NCBI GenBank assembly: GCA_000437255.1
Contig: FR899104.1
Location: 208,096-253,147 of the forward strand
Direction of reading: 5' to 3'
DNA: 45,052 nt
Source of the DNA: Ruminococcus sp. CAG:403
GTDB taxonomy: Bacteria; Bacillota; Clostridia; Oscillospirales; Ruminococcaceae
Part shown: piece after piece, positions 9,939 through 20,184 of the stretch
How the letters are laid out: the number at the start of each line of letters is the position of its first letter
How positions within the stretch are numbered: the first letter of the stretch is position 1
Position numbers and translations under genes: made by a program
The notes under the pieces: model-generated
Databases searched by the model: none
Seen by the model: only the letters and a program-made list of their open reading frames with translations
What the model was told of the DNA's origin: nothing

Positions 9939-11096
9939 ATGGTAACAGCATCAGCAGAAGTTAGGGATATTTTGTTCAATCGGAATACCAGCGTTGCGCC
10001 GCTCGGCTTAATTGCAATGGACGGAACCGAAGAGCTGGGAAAGAAAATTGATCAGTATCTGGTAAACTGGGCAAGAGAAGGCGGCTTCAATTATGACACG
10101 TTTTTGATCGAATGCGAATGCCCTCGTTTTGCGTCCGGCGATGGAAAGGGACTGATTAAGTCTACCATCCGTGGAAAGGATTTGTTTATTTTAATTGATG
10201 TTGGCAACTACAGCATCCAGTACAAAATGTTTGATACCATGAACTGCATGTCTCCGGATGATCATTTCCAGGATCTGAAGCGTATCATTCAGGCTGCCAG
10301 CGGAAAGGCACACCGGATTAATGTTATTATGCCGATTCTGTACGGCGGCAGACAGCACCGCAGAAATTACCGGGAATCCTTAGACTGTGCATGCGCACTG
10401 CAAGAACTGGAAACCATGGGCGTTTCCAATATCATTACCTTTGATGCACATGACCCGCGTGTACATAATGCCATTCCGCTGATGGGCTTTGATAATGTAA
10501 TGCCATCCTATCAGGTATTGAAGGCAATGTTCAGCACCATTGAAAATCTGAAAACCACACAGGACGAATTTATGGTAATCAGCCCGGATGAAGGTGCATT
10601 GAACCGGAATATGTATTATGCTTCTGTTCTGGGCGTTCAGATGGGCATGTTCTATAAGAGACGGGATTACTCCACCATCGTCAACGGCCGGAACCCGATT
10701 GTTGCACACGAATATCTGGGCAACTCCGTAGAAGGAAAGGACGTATTTATTGCCGATGATATTATTTCCTCCGGAGAATCCATGCTGGATATTGCATATG
10801 AATTGAAGCGCCGCAATGCAAGACGGGTTTTCTGCTATGCAACTTACGGCCTGTTTGTAAACGGCTTGGATCAGTTTGATGAAGCATACAAAAATGGATA
10901 CATTGATGCTGTATTCGGCACCAACCTGACCTATCGGACGGATGCTCTGCTGTCCAGAGAATGGTTCCATGAAGTAGATTGCTCCAAGTATATTTCCTAC
11001 TTTATTGCCGCACTGAATCATGATGTTTCTGTCAGCACCATTCTGGATCCGCATGATAAAATCAATGCACTGCTTGCAAAGCGCAACAACGGCTAA
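9939..11096 (+). CDS. prs: Ribose-phosphate pyrophosphokinase
   Basis: Motifs RFASGDG, YGGRQHRR, FDAH, SPDEGA, KRR and the PRPP loop ADDIISSGES. ATG at 9939 with an AAAGGAG SD. Confidence 0.9.
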   Translation: MVTASAEVRDILFNRNTSVAPLGLIAMDGTEELGKKIDQYLVNWAREGGFNYDTFLIECECPRFASGDGKGLIKSTIRGKDLFILIDVGNYSIQYKMFDTMNCMSPDDHFQDLKRIIQAASGKAHRINVIMPILYGGRQHRRNYRESLDCACALQELETMGVSNIITFDAHDPRVHNAIPLMGFDNVMPSYQVLKAMFSTIENLKTTQDEFMVISPDEGALNRNMYYASVLGVQMGMFYKRRDYSTIVNGRNPIVAHEYLGNSVEGKDVFIADDIISSGESMLDIAYELKRRNARRVFCYATYGLFVNGLDQFDEAYKNGYIDAVFGTNLTYRTDALLSREWFHEVDCSKYISYFIAALNHDVSVSTILDPHDKINALLAKRNNG

Positions 11097-11114
11097 AAAG
11101 TTCAGAGATTTTGG

Positions 11115-11143
11115 TTGACAAGCGTTCAAAAATTTGCTATACT
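11115..11143 (+). promoter_or_regulatory. Sigma-A promoter of the T-box/alaS transcript
   Basis: TTGACA (11115-11120), 17 bp, TGnTATACT (11138-11143). Confidence 0.75.
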
Positions 11144-11149
11144 GAACGT

Positions 11150-11372
11150 ATGTAGGCGAAGATGGGAATAACTGCGAAACCATTGGAACAGAGAGTGCAC
11201 GGCTGGTGGAAGTGCATGCAAGGTGCGCAGGTGCTACCCCGGAGCTGTTCGGAGAAATCGGAACGTAGGTTGCTGCGTTAAAGCACAAAGAGGAAAGCAG
11301 AAACATCTGCTTTTGAATTTGGGTGGTACCACGAAGAGCCTTCGTCCCATATGGCGGCGAGGGCTTTTTTCA
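11150..11372 (+). ncRNA. T-box riboswitch (Ala, specifier GCU)
   Basis: Stem I has the GAGAG and GGCTGGTGGAA apical motifs and a specifier GCT at 11233-11235. The T-box AATTTGGGTGGTACCACG is at 11316-11333. The terminator GAGCCTTCGTC...GGCGAGGGCTTTTTT lies directly upstream of alaS. Confidence 0.88.
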
Positions 11373-11425
11373 CTTTTGTGAAGAGACCATTTTGGAAAAC
11401 AGAGTCAGAAAGGAGCTTCCATTTT

Positions 11426-14074
11426 ATGGAGTGGCAAGGATTAAACGAATTAAGAGAAAAATATTTATCATTTTTTGAGAGCAAGGGACATACCAGACTG
11501 CCCAGCTATTCGCTGGTGCCGCAGGGCGATAAGAGCCTGCTGCTGATCAATTCCGGTATGGCACCGATGAAAAAATACTTCTTGGGACAGGCTGTTCCGC
11601 CGAATACACGGGTGACAACTTGTCAGAAATGTATTCGTACACCGGATATTGAACGAGTTGGTCAGACGGCTCGGCACGGTACTTATTTTGAAATGCTGGG
11701 CAATTTTTCTTTTGGAGATTACTTCAAGGTAGAAGCCATTGAGTGGGCATGGGAATTCTTTACCAAGGTTCTGGAAATGCCGGAAGATAAGTTGTATATT
11801 TCTGTATTTGAAAATGATGATGAAGCGTATGATCTGTGGACCAAGCACATTGGCGTTGCAGAATCTCATATGGTTCGTTTGGGAAAAGAAGATAACTTCT
11901 GGGAACACGGTTCTGGTCCATGTGGCCCATGTTCTGAAATTTACTTTGACCGTGGACCGGAAAAGGGCTGCGGCAAACCGGATTGTGCAGTTGGCTGCGA
12001 ATGCGACCGCTATGTAGAAGTTTGGAACTTGGTATTCAGCCAGTTTGACAGCGATGGAAATGGTCACTATACCGAAATGAAGCACAAGAATATTGATACC
12101 GGTATGGGTCTGGAACGGTTGGCTTGTGTAATGCAGGGTGTCGATAATCTGTTTGAAGTTGATACCGTACAGAATATCATGAAGCATGTCAGCCAGATTG
12201 CAAATATTCACTACGGCGACGATGAGAAGACAGACGTTGCACTGCGTGTTATTACCGACCACATCCGCAGCACCACGTTCATGATCGGAGACGGGATTAC
12301 ACCATCCAACGAAGGAAGAGGTTATGTACTGCGCCGTTTGCTGCGCCGTGCAGCGCGATTCGGCAGAATGATTGGTGTTACCAAGCCGTTCCTGTATGAA
12401 GTTTGTGATACGGTCATTCAGGAAAATCGGATTGCTTATCCGGAATTGGAAGAAAAGAAGAACTATATCCGGAAAACCATTCAGATGGAAGAAGAAACCT
12501 TCTCCAAAACCATTGATAAGGGCTTTGAACTCTTGAATCAGTTCCTGGATCAGCTGCAACAGGGTAAGGGCGATAAGATATTGTCCGGCGCAGATGCTTT
12601 TAAACTCAGTGATACATATGGCTTCCCGATTGACCTGACAGAAGAAATTGCAGCAGAACACGGTATTTCCATTGACCGGGAGGCATTCAATCAGTTCGTA
12701 GAAGAACAGCGTCAAAAGGCAAGAGCAGACCATATGGCAAAGGTTGGTTCCTCTTGGGCAGATAACAGCATCAAAATTCAGGCAGAAAAAACGGTCTTTA
12801 CTGGTTATACCTCCTTTACAGAGCCGCAGGCAAAGATTGTGGCATTGTTCCGGGAAAAAGAAGCAGTAGAACGTGCCGCAGAAGGCGATCAGGTTGTTGT
12901 CGTACTGGATCGGACACCGTTCTATGCAGAAAGCGGCGGTCAGGTTGGAGACAGCGGAACCCTCTCCAATGAAGGCGCAACCATTTCTGTTTCCACCACC
13001 ACCAAGACAGAGGATGGACACTTCCTGCACATTGGTACTGTAGAAGCTGGTACCATTCAGGTCGGCGATGTGGTAGCAGCTGAAATCTGCAAGACACAGC
13101 GGGAAAACACCATGCGGAATCATACTGCAGCGCACTTGTTGCAGGCAGCTTTGCGGCAGGTATTGGGTGACCATGTTCACCAGGCTGGTCAGTTGGTTAG
13201 CAGCCAGCAGTGCCGTTTTGACTTCTCGCATTTCTCTGCCCTGACTACGGAAGAACTGCACAAGGTAGAAGCGCTGGTCAACCAGAAGATTTTTGATGCC
13301 ATTCCGGTTACCACAAAGGAAATGCCCATTGAAGAAGCTAAGAAATTGGGTGCAATGGCATTGTTCGGTGAAAAGTACGGCAGTGTCGTTCGAGTTGTTC
13401 GGGTTGGAGACTTCTCCGTTGAATTCTGCGGCGGTACCCATGTAGACAATACAGCAAAGCTGAATCTGTTCCGAATTGTTTCAGAAAGCTCTGTTGCTTC
13501 CGGTGTACGCCGGATTGAAGCAGTAACCGGCCCTGGTGTGCTGCAGTTGATTCAGTTGCAGCAGAGCATGCTGCAAGGTGCTGCAAAGGCATTGAAGCTG
13601 GGCAACCTTTCAGACCTGGCAGAAAAAATTGGTGCACTGCATACAGAACTGAAGGAAAAGAATCGGCAGATTGAAATTTTGAACCAGAAGTTGTCTGATT
13701 TGAAGATGGCAGCTGTTTTTGACAATGCCAAGATGGTAAAGGGCATCAAGGTTGTTTCGGCGATGCTGACCGGTATTACACCGCAGATGCTGCGGAAGAT
13801 GGGTGATACCATTAAGAGTATGGATGAGCCTGTCATTGCAGTTTTGGCAGGTGTCAGCGATGAAAAGGGCAATCTGCTCTGCGCATGCACCAAGCAAGCA
13901 CAGCAAAATGGCGCACATGCCGGACAAATTGTACAGCGTATTGCTGCAATTACCGGTGGAAAAGGCGGCGGCCGTGCGGATCAGGCAATGGCTGGCGTTG
14001 GAAAAACATATATGATAGATGAAGCGTTGATGGCGCTGGATAGCATTGTGTCCAGTATGATTCAGGAGGGATAA
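11426..14074 (+). CDS. alaS: Alanine--tRNA ligase
   Basis: Motifs RHGTYFEMLGNFSFGDYFK and IDTGMGLERL; editing motifs NHTAAHLL and EFCGGTH; C-terminal GGKGGG. ATG at 11426 with an AAAGGAG SD. Confidence 0.98.
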   Translation: MEWQGLNELREKYLSFFESKGHTRLPSYSLVPQGDKSLLLINSGMAPMKKYFLGQAVPPNTRVTTCQKCIRTPDIERVGQTARHGTYFEMLGNFSFGDYFKVEAIEWAWEFFTKVLEMPEDKLYISVFENDDEAYDLWTKHIGVAESHMVRLGKEDNFWEHGSGPCGPCSEIYFDRGPEKGCGKPDCAVGCECDRYVEVWNLVFSQFDSDGNGHYTEMKHKNIDTGMGLERLACVMQGVDNLFEVDTVQNIMKHVSQIANIHYGDDEKTDVALRVITDHIRSTTFMIGDGITPSNEGRGYVLRRLLRRAARFGRMIGVTKPFLYEVCDTVIQENRIAYPELEEKKNYIRKTIQMEEETFSKTIDKGFELLNQFLDQLQQGKGDKILSGADAFKLSDTYGFPIDLTEEIAAEHGISIDREAFNQFVEEQRQKARADHMAKVGSSWADNSIKIQAEKTVFTGYTSFTEPQAKIVALFREKEAVERAAEGDQVVVVLDRTPFYAESGGQVGDSGTLSNEGATISVSTTTKTEDGHFLHIGTVEAGTIQVGDVVAAEICKTQRENTMRNHTAAHLLQAALRQVLGDHVHQAGQLVSSQQCRFDFSHFSALTTEELHKVEALVNQKIFDAIPVTTKEMPIEEAKKLGAMALFGEKYGSVVRVVRVGDFSVEFCGGTHVDNTAKLNLFRIVSESSVASGVRRIEAVTGPGVLQLIQLQQSMLQGAAKALKLGNLSDLAEKIGALHTELKEKNRQIEILNQKLSDLKMAAVFDNAKMVKGIKVVSAMLTGITPQMLRKMGDTIKSMDEPVIAVLAGVSDEKGNLLCACTKQAQQNGAHAGQIVQRIAAITGGKGGGRADQAMAGVGKTYMIDEALMALDSIVSSMIQEG

Positions 14075-14078
14075 CAGA

Positions 14079-14444
14079 ATGAGCGACTGTTTGTTTTGTA
14101 AAATTGCAAGCGGAGAAATCCCAAGCACTAAGATTTATGAGGATGAAACGGTGTATGTCTTCCAAGACATTGCACCAATTGCTCCCGTGCACTATTTGCT
14201 GATTCCCAAGCAGCATATTTGCTGTGCAGCAAAAATTACACCGGAAAACTCTGCCGTAGTGGCACATATCTTTGAAGTTGCTGCCAAGCTGGCAGAAGAA
14301 AAGGGCCTCACCGATGGATATCGAATTGTCACCAACTGCGGAGAAGATGCCGGGCAAACCGTATTCCATCTGCACTTCCATATGTTGGCAGGTGTTAAGA
14401 TGGGCTGGGGAAAAGAATTCATTCAGACCGTGGAGGGTGAATAA
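14079..14444 (+). CDS. hinT: HIT-family (Hint) nucleotide phosphoramidase
   Basis: DCLFCKI start and histidine triad GQTVFHLHFHML. Confidence 0.9.
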   Translation: MSDCLFCKIASGEIPSTKIYEDETVYVFQDIAPIAPVHYLLIPKQHICCAAKITPENSAVVAHIFEVAAKLAEEKGLTDGYRIVTNCGEDAGQTVFHLHFHMLAGVKMGWGKEFIQTVEGE

Positions 14445-14983
14445 TGGCAGAAACTTATACGCTGCATGTAGCAGGGCTGACACGGGAACTGAAAATTTGC
14501 CCCATTCATGAACACTTGCAGATTGCAGCCTTTATTCTGTTTTCTGATATAGAGCTGACGGAAGCCTGTGCCAAGGAACTGGCTTCCAAATGCCCGGATT
14601 GTGACTATATTTTGACAGCAGAATGCAAGGGCATTCCGCTTGCATATGAGATGTCCCGAATCATGGGGAAACCATATATTGTTGCCAGAAAAATGGTGAA
14701 AGCCTATATGACAAACACGTTGGCGGTAGAAGTGCAGTCCATTACAACTGCTGGCAAGCAGACACTGTATTTAGACGGCGAAAAGGCAGAATGGATTCGT
14801 GGAAAGCGAATCTTGCTGGTAGATGATGTAATCAGTACAGGAGAATCCATTGCAGCATTGGAGCAGTTGGTAGAAGCTGCCGGCGGAACCGTTGCCGCAA
14901 AAGCAGCCATTTTGGCAGAAGGCGATGCTGCAAAGCGAGAAGATATTCTTTTCCTGGAAGAACTGCCGCTGTTCTTTTCCTGA
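14444..14983 (+). CDS. Adenine phosphoribosyltransferase-like type I PRTase
   Basis: AECKGIP, ARK and PRPP loop LLVDDVISTGES; stop/start overlap with hinT. Substrate uncertain. Confidence 0.8.
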   Translation: MAETYTLHVAGLTRELKICPIHEHLQIAAFILFSDIELTEACAKELASKCPDCDYILTAECKGIPLAYEMSRIMGKPYIVARKMVKAYMTNTLAVEVQSITTAGKQTLYLDGEKAEWIRGKRILLVDDVISTGESIAALEQLVEAAGGTVAAKAAILAEGDAAKREDILFLEELPLFFS

Positions 14984-15047
14984 CAAACAGAGCCTAGCTT
15001 TCTAAAAAAGGTAGGCTTGTACACGACCGCATGTATGAGGTGAAAAA

Positions 15048-17156
15048 ATGAAGCGAAAAATGGTGCACATTGGGATCTTTTGGATGCTGGGACTATTTTT
15101 TGCTTCCTTTTTTTCATGGCAGTGGTGTTTGCTGCTGTCAGGTGCTGTTGTAACGGGATTGATTTGCTGCTGCATTTGGAAAATTTGCCGGATTTCAGTA
15201 GGGATAACCGCAGGCTGCTCGCTGTTGGCAGGGCTTGTACTTTTTTGGAGCTACACCATGCTGGCGGTGCAGCCTGTTTTGCAATATGACGGTGCCGAAA
15301 CAACCTTTACCGGCAAAATCGTGTCGATTCATCCCAATCGGGACGATCATGCAAGCTACTTGTTAAAAGGCACGTTTCCAGATGGACTGGAAGCAAAGGT
15401 GTTTGTCTATGCAGAAGATCTTGGCGGCGTATATGGGGATCGGCTTACCGTAACCGGTACATTTTCCAAGCCGGAAAATACGGACTTGTTTGCTTCGAAG
15501 CAGTACTGGTATGGAGAGGGTGTCTTTTTAACCAGCCTTGACATTCAGGAATGTCAGCTGGAACAGAAAGACGGCTACTGGCTGACTCGCAGAATAGCGG
15601 AAGTTCGACAGCAGCTACAGCATCGATTCTATCGCTTTGCTGGCACAGAAGCCGGCGGAATGATGAGTGCAATGCTCTTAGGCGAAAAACAGAATCTGGA
15701 GGAATCCGTCCGCAGTTCGTTTTATGCGGTGGGAATTGGGCATATTTTAGCAGTATCCGGGTTACATCTGGTACTGTTGATGCAGGTTTGGATGGTTGTC
15801 GCCAAGCGCCTGCACCGCTATTTGCAAGTCGGCGGTTCTGTGTGCGGCATCGTTTTATTTGCACTTTTGGTGCAAACGCCGGTTTCGATTTTACGTGCTG
15901 GTTTCATGATGCTGCTGGGACAGTGCGGACGGCTGGTGTTCCGGCAAACGGATACGCTGAATTCACTTTGCCTTGCGGTGCTGCTGCTTACAATACAAAA
16001 TCCGTACCTGCTGCTGAACCAATCCTTTTTATTTACTGTGTCCGGGACGTTTGGGATTGGCGTATTGGGGCCTTGGGCAGCCGGACATTTTTCTGGTACA
16101 ACTTGGAAACAGATTTTGGTGCGGGAGTGTCTGCAAAATATTTGCGTGACAGCCTGTCTGTTTCCTGCCAGCGTGGCGTGTGGAACAGAAACATCTTTGT
16201 TGTCTCCGCTTGTCAATTTATTTTTGCTGCCGCTCTGTATGGTGATTTTGATGGGGGCTTTGCTGCTGGCATTCATCGGATGGATTGGCTGGCTGGCAGT
16301 GCCATTGGCAGCTGGATGCAAGCTGCTTTGCCATGTGGTGATTGTCTGTGTTCAGACGGTGCAGCGGTTTCTGCCTGTTTCTACCGTACTTTCCTGGAGG
16401 GAACTTCCGATTTTAACCGGAATTTGCGTGGTCGGCATTTTGCTTTTATACGGACTGCTGCGCAATCGTAAACAAACGGCACTTGCAGTTGCAGGCAGCA
16501 TGCTGCTGCTGACTGGTGCACAATTTGCGCATCAATTGCTTTTGCGGAAACAGATTACCGTTGCAGTGTTGGGAACACAAAAATCCTATGTGCTGGTTAT
16601 TTCGGATTCCTTTGAAACGGTTGTCATTGATCCAACCGGCAATCGAAAAAATCCAGATTATGTCAAGCGGTACTTGCGGGAAATGGGCATTACACAGATT
16701 CAAATGCTCTGCTTGATGGAAAAACCATCCTCTTCCTGCGGTTCCTATGCAGAAGGACTGCAATCATATACCGTGCAGTCTGTTTTGCTGGGAAGTTCCT
16801 GTGCGCTGCGGAAGGAGCAGAAAGTTTGCCGGCAAGTCCCAACTGTGCGGAGGCAATCGCAGACAACGCTTGCCGTGCCGAGTGGAACCATTTCGTTGCA
16901 GGAATCTTTCGTTCAATTGCAGCTGGATGGGATTCGCATGTGTATTGCAGCGGATAGTGAAGCAGTTCCGGAACAGGACTGGAATTATGTTGTAGTTGGT
17001 TCGCTACAGGCAGAGCATTTGCCGCAGTGTAATTGGCTGGCAATTTTGGAGGAAACAGATTTGCTGCAGGAAGATGCTACAACTGTAATCGGAACCAATA
17101 ATCTGCAAATTTCTTTGCAACAATCAAAAGTAAGGAGACTGGCATGGCAGGAATGA
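15048..17156 (+). CDS. comEC: ComEC/Rec2 DNA-uptake channel protein
   Basis: N-terminal TMs with an OB-like region, competence motif GIGHILAVSGLH and SILRAGFM. It lies upstream of holA as in other Firmicutes. The C-terminal lactamase-like region is degenerate. Confidence 0.88.
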   Translation: MKRKMVHIGIFWMLGLFFASFFSWQWCLLLSGAVVTGLICCCIWKICRISVGITAGCSLLAGLVLFWSYTMLAVQPVLQYDGAETTFTGKIVSIHPNRDDHASYLLKGTFPDGLEAKVFVYAEDLGGVYGDRLTVTGTFSKPENTDLFASKQYWYGEGVFLTSLDIQECQLEQKDGYWLTRRIAEVRQQLQHRFYRFAGTEAGGMMSAMLLGEKQNLEESVRSSFYAVGIGHILAVSGLHLVLLMQVWMVVAKRLHRYLQVGGSVCGIVLFALLVQTPVSILRAGFMMLLGQCGRLVFRQTDTLNSLCLAVLLLTIQNPYLLLNQSFLFTVSGTFGIGVLGPWAAGHFSGTTWKQILVRECLQNICVTACLFPASVACGTETSLLSPLVNLFLLPLCMVILMGALLLAFIGWIGWLAVPLAAGCKLLCHVVIVCVQTVQRFLPVSTVLSWRELPILTGICVVGILLLYGLLRNRKQTALAVAGSMLLLTGAQFAHQLLLRKQITVAVLGTQKSYVLVISDSFETVVIDPTGNRKNPDYVKRYLREMGITQIQMLCLMEKPSSSCGSYAEGLQSYTVQSVLLGSSCALRKEQKVCRQVPTVRRQSQTTLAVPSGTISLQESFVQLQLDGIRMCIAADSEAVPEQDWNYVVVGSLQAEHLPQCNWLAILEETDLLQEDATTVIGTNNLQISLQQSKVRRLAWQE

Positions 17157-18217
17157 CCTATAAAATGGTAGCTGCTGCAATTCGGCAGGGGACCTTTTCC
17201 AATGTGTATTATTTTTATGGAGCAGATGTGGTGCAGGTGCAGCAGCTAACGCAGCTGCTGTGTCAGAAGGCAACCGGCGGCAATCCAGAAATGGCACTGA
17301 CTAAGCTGGAGGGCGAAACATTGGATGTGCAGCAGCTGCGGGAACAAGTTCAGCTGTTTCCCATGCTGGCGCCTTATAATTGTATTTGGATTCATGATTT
17401 TCAAGCAGAAAAGTGCCGGGAGGAGGCCTTTCGGCAGCTACTGGATTTATTGTCGGAGCTGGGTGAGCAGACCATTGTGGTGTTTGATGTCACAGGATTC
17501 GATCTCAAAAATGGCAGAAAAACGGTATCCGGAAAAAATAAAAAATTACTAGACTGCATTGGAAAGCATGGCGTTGTCTGCGAAATGCCCATGCGCAGTA
17601 CGGCAGTCTTGGCAAAGGAACTGTCCGGGACGGCTGCACGCCGTGGCTGTACGCTGCCACGAGAGAGCGCAGAGGAATTGGTTCGGCTGTGCATGGGGGA
17701 TACCCTGAAAATGCAAAACGAATTGGAAAAGTTGTGTGCGTATGCCGCAACGGAACCAGTCTCTATAGAACTGGTGCGTACAATGGTGACGCCAACACCG
17801 GAAACCACTACCTTTGCGCTGGCAAAAGCAGTGGTTTCACTGCAAACCAAAACTGCTATGGAGGAGCTGGATCGCTTATACGCGATGCGTACCAGCCGTA
17901 CCTTTTTGGTGCACACTTTGATGGCAGCTTTTTTGGATTTATATCGTGCCTCTGCTGCCTTTCACAGCCGCAGAACACCGGAACAGATGAAAGAGGATTT
18001 TGGATATACGTTGGATTTTGTGGTCAGCAATGCCTTTCGGGATTGCCGGCGCATTGCACCGGAACGCCTGCGGCAGTGCATTGCCATTTTGCGGGATTTG
18101 GAATATCAGCTGAATGCAACAGCCTGCGAAGAACGAATTGCAGTTGAGACCGCCATTGTGAAAATGTTGGCAGCTGCTGCCGGAACAGGAAGGAGCCGCT
18201 CGTATGATTTCAATTAA
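17144..18217 (+). CDS. holA: DNA polymerase III subunit delta
   Basis: NVYYFYG, QLFPMLAPY and NELEKLCAY motifs; canonical comEC-holA synteny. Confidence 0.85.
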   Translation: MAGMTYKMVAAAIRQGTFSNVYYFYGADVVQVQQLTQLLCQKATGGNPEMALTKLEGETLDVQQLREQVQLFPMLAPYNCIWIHDFQAEKCREEAFRQLLDLLSELGEQTIVVFDVTGFDLKNGRKTVSGKNKKLLDCIGKHGVVCEMPMRSTAVLAKELSGTAARRGCTLPRESAEELVRLCMGDTLKMQNELEKLCAYAATEPVSIELVRTMVTPTPETTTFALAKAVVSLQTKTAMEELDRLYAMRTSRTFLVHTLMAAFLDLYRASAAFHSRRTPEQMKEDFGYTLDFVVSNAFRDCRRIAPERLRQCIAILRDLEYQLNATACEERIAVETAIVKMLAAAAGTGRSRSYDFN

Positions 18218-18803
18218 ACAAGCCATTGTTGTAGAAGGAAAGTATGATAAAATCAAACTTTCCTCTGTGGTAGATGCCGTGATTTTGGTAACCAATGGAT
18301 TTCGGATTTATAAGAATCCCGAGCAATTGAATCTGATTCGCTATTATGCCAAGACAACTGGTGTCATTCTGCTGACGGATTCTGATCGGGCAGGCTTTCA
18401 GATTCGCAATTATTTGAAAGGTGCTATTTCAGAAGGAACCGTTTATCACGTATATATTCCGGATATTTATGGAAAAGAGCGCCGAAAGGTAAAACCATCC
18501 GCAGAGGGAAAGTTGGGCGTTGAGGGAATCAATCCGAAAACCTTGCTTGCTGCTTTTGAAAAAGCAGGTGTTACGGCTCAACAAGCGCCATCTGAAAAAA
18601 AGGATCCCATTACCAATTTGGATTTGTATCAGCTTGGACTGAGCGGCGGGGCTGGCAGTAAACAGCTTCGGAAGCAATTGCAAAAGCAATTAAATCTCCC
18701 GGATTTGCTGTCAACGGCTTCCTTATTGGACGTATTGAACACCATGCTGTCGAAGGAGGAATTGGCACAGTTGGTCGATCAGCTGGAAGCGCCGACACAG
18801 TGA
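18204..18803 (+). CDS. rnmV: Ribonuclease M5-like Toprim + DUF4093 protein
   Basis: Toprim motifs AIVVEGKYD and ILLTDSDRAGFQIR, LGVEG, and C-terminal DLYQLGLSGG...R. Confidence 0.75.
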   Translation: MISIKQAIVVEGKYDKIKLSSVVDAVILVTNGFRIYKNPEQLNLIRYYAKTTGVILLTDSDRAGFQIRNYLKGAISEGTVYHVYIPDIYGKERRKVKPSAEGKLGVEGINPKTLLAAFEKAGVTAQQAPSEKKDPITNLDLYQLGLSGGAGSKQLRKQLQKQLNLPDLLSTASLLDVLNTMLSKEELAQLVDQLEAPTQ

Positions 18804-18810
18804 GGATGCG

Positions 18811-20172
18811 ATGGTTTTTACGAGTTTAGAGTTTCTGTTTTTGTTTTTGCCGCTGTCGATTCTCCTGCATGCAGCAGCGCCGGAACGCTGCCGCAATGGT
18901 GTGCTGCTGCTATTGAGCGTGCTGTTTTTGATAGGCGGCGGACTGCCACGGCTTGGATTGTTTCTAGCCATGCTGCTTTGCAGTTATGGATGCGGCCTCT
19001 TTTTGGAACGCTGCAAGGGAAAGCATGTTCTATGTGGTGTTTTGCTGATTTTGTTGTTTCTTCTACATGGTGTGCTGCTGGCGGTTCTGCGTCCGTCTTC
19101 TTATTCTTCTGCGGTGGCTGCATGGTTGTATCCGCTTGGTATCTCCTATTTGGCATTGCAAGGAATCGGTTATTGCTTAGACATTGCAAAGGGCAGCATT
19201 CCAGCGGAGCATCGGCTGCTCTCTTTTGCAACATACTATCTGTTTTATCCCAAAGTACTTATGGGGCCGGTGGTATCTTATGCAGATTGGAAGCAGATTC
19301 TGTCGGAAAAGCAATGCGATGTGCCGCAAATTGGTGCTGGTCTTCGCTTGTTGGTGCTTGGATTGGGGAAAAAATTGCTGCTGGCAAATAGTGCCGGACT
19401 TTTGCATGAAGTGGTTCAGCAGTCTGCGGGATCAGAACGTTCTATGCTGGCAGCTTGGCTCAGTGTTCTTTCCTTTGCAGCACAGCTTTGGCTGGAAGGA
19501 GCTGCCTACAGTGACATGGCTTGTGGTTTGGCAAGCTGCTATGGGCTGCGGCTTCCTGAAAATTTTGGTCCGCTTGTGCTTTCCAAAACTGTAACAGATT
19601 GGGTGCGCAACTGGAATTGTACGGTTGTGCAGTGGTTCCATCGTTCCATGTATTTGCCAGTTTCTACCAAGCATTGGTATGGCATTGCCGGGCAGACCAT
19701 CTGGATTTGGCTTTGGATTGGTGTATGGTGCGGAAATGGCGTGCAGTTTATAGGATGCGGCATTTGGATGGGGATTTGTATGACATTGGAATATCTGCTG
19801 CAACGAAAAATGCGGCATTGGTATCCAAGTGTACAGCATATTTGGACGGCTGCATGGCTTTTGGGCGCTGTGATTTTGCTACAGGCCTCCAGTCTTCCGG
19901 ATTTACAGGAAAATCTTACGGTACTGTTTGGAAGAGGACGACTGATTCGGGAGCAGGATCAATATTTGCTGTTCAACGGCGGATTGGAATTGGCTGCTGT
20001 ACTGGCACTTTTGATGGTACTGCCAAAGTGGAATACGGTTCGAGCAGTTTATGAAAAGAAGGCAGCAGCACTGTTTCGGGTTTTGGAACCAGTTGGATTA
20101 CTGCTTTTGCTGTTAACTTCGGCGGCTGTCTTATTCTATCAACAGGATGTTTCTATTTTGTTTCAGCTGTAG
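18811..20172 (+). CDS. MBOAT-family (AlgI/DltB/PatA-like) membrane protein with non-canonical active-site motifs
   Basis: MVFTSLEFLFLFLP start, PLGISY, FYPKVLMGPV, GLGKKLLLAN, YSDMACG and LPENF. The usual RRWH and GLWHG motifs read RNWN and GVWCG. Confidence 0.85.
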   Translation: MVFTSLEFLFLFLPLSILLHAAAPERCRNGVLLLLSVLFLIGGGLPRLGLFLAMLLCSYGCGLFLERCKGKHVLCGVLLILLFLLHGVLLAVLRPSSYSSAVAAWLYPLGISYLALQGIGYCLDIAKGSIPAEHRLLSFATYYLFYPKVLMGPVVSYADWKQILSEKQCDVPQIGAGLRLLVLGLGKKLLLANSAGLLHEVVQQSAGSERSMLAAWLSVLSFAAQLWLEGAAYSDMACGLASCYGLRLPENFGPLVLSKTVTDWVRNWNCTVVQWFHRSMYLPVSTKHWYGIAGQTIWIWLWIGVWCGNGVQFIGCGIWMGICMTLEYLLQRKMRHWYPSVQHIWTAAWLLGAVILLQASSLPDLQENLTVLFGRGRLIREQDQYLLFNGGLELAAVLALLMVLPKWNTVRAVYEKKAAALFRVLEPVGLLLLLLTSAAVLFYQQDVSILFQL

Positions 20173-20184
20173 GAGGAAAGTCAT

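Noticed and set aside
11468..13441. 657-aa ORF antisense to alaS (similarly 28801-30039, 10380-11306, 9185-9817, 40905-41687)
   Set aside because: These are shadow ORFs opposite well-supported conserved genes, with no motifs or SD.
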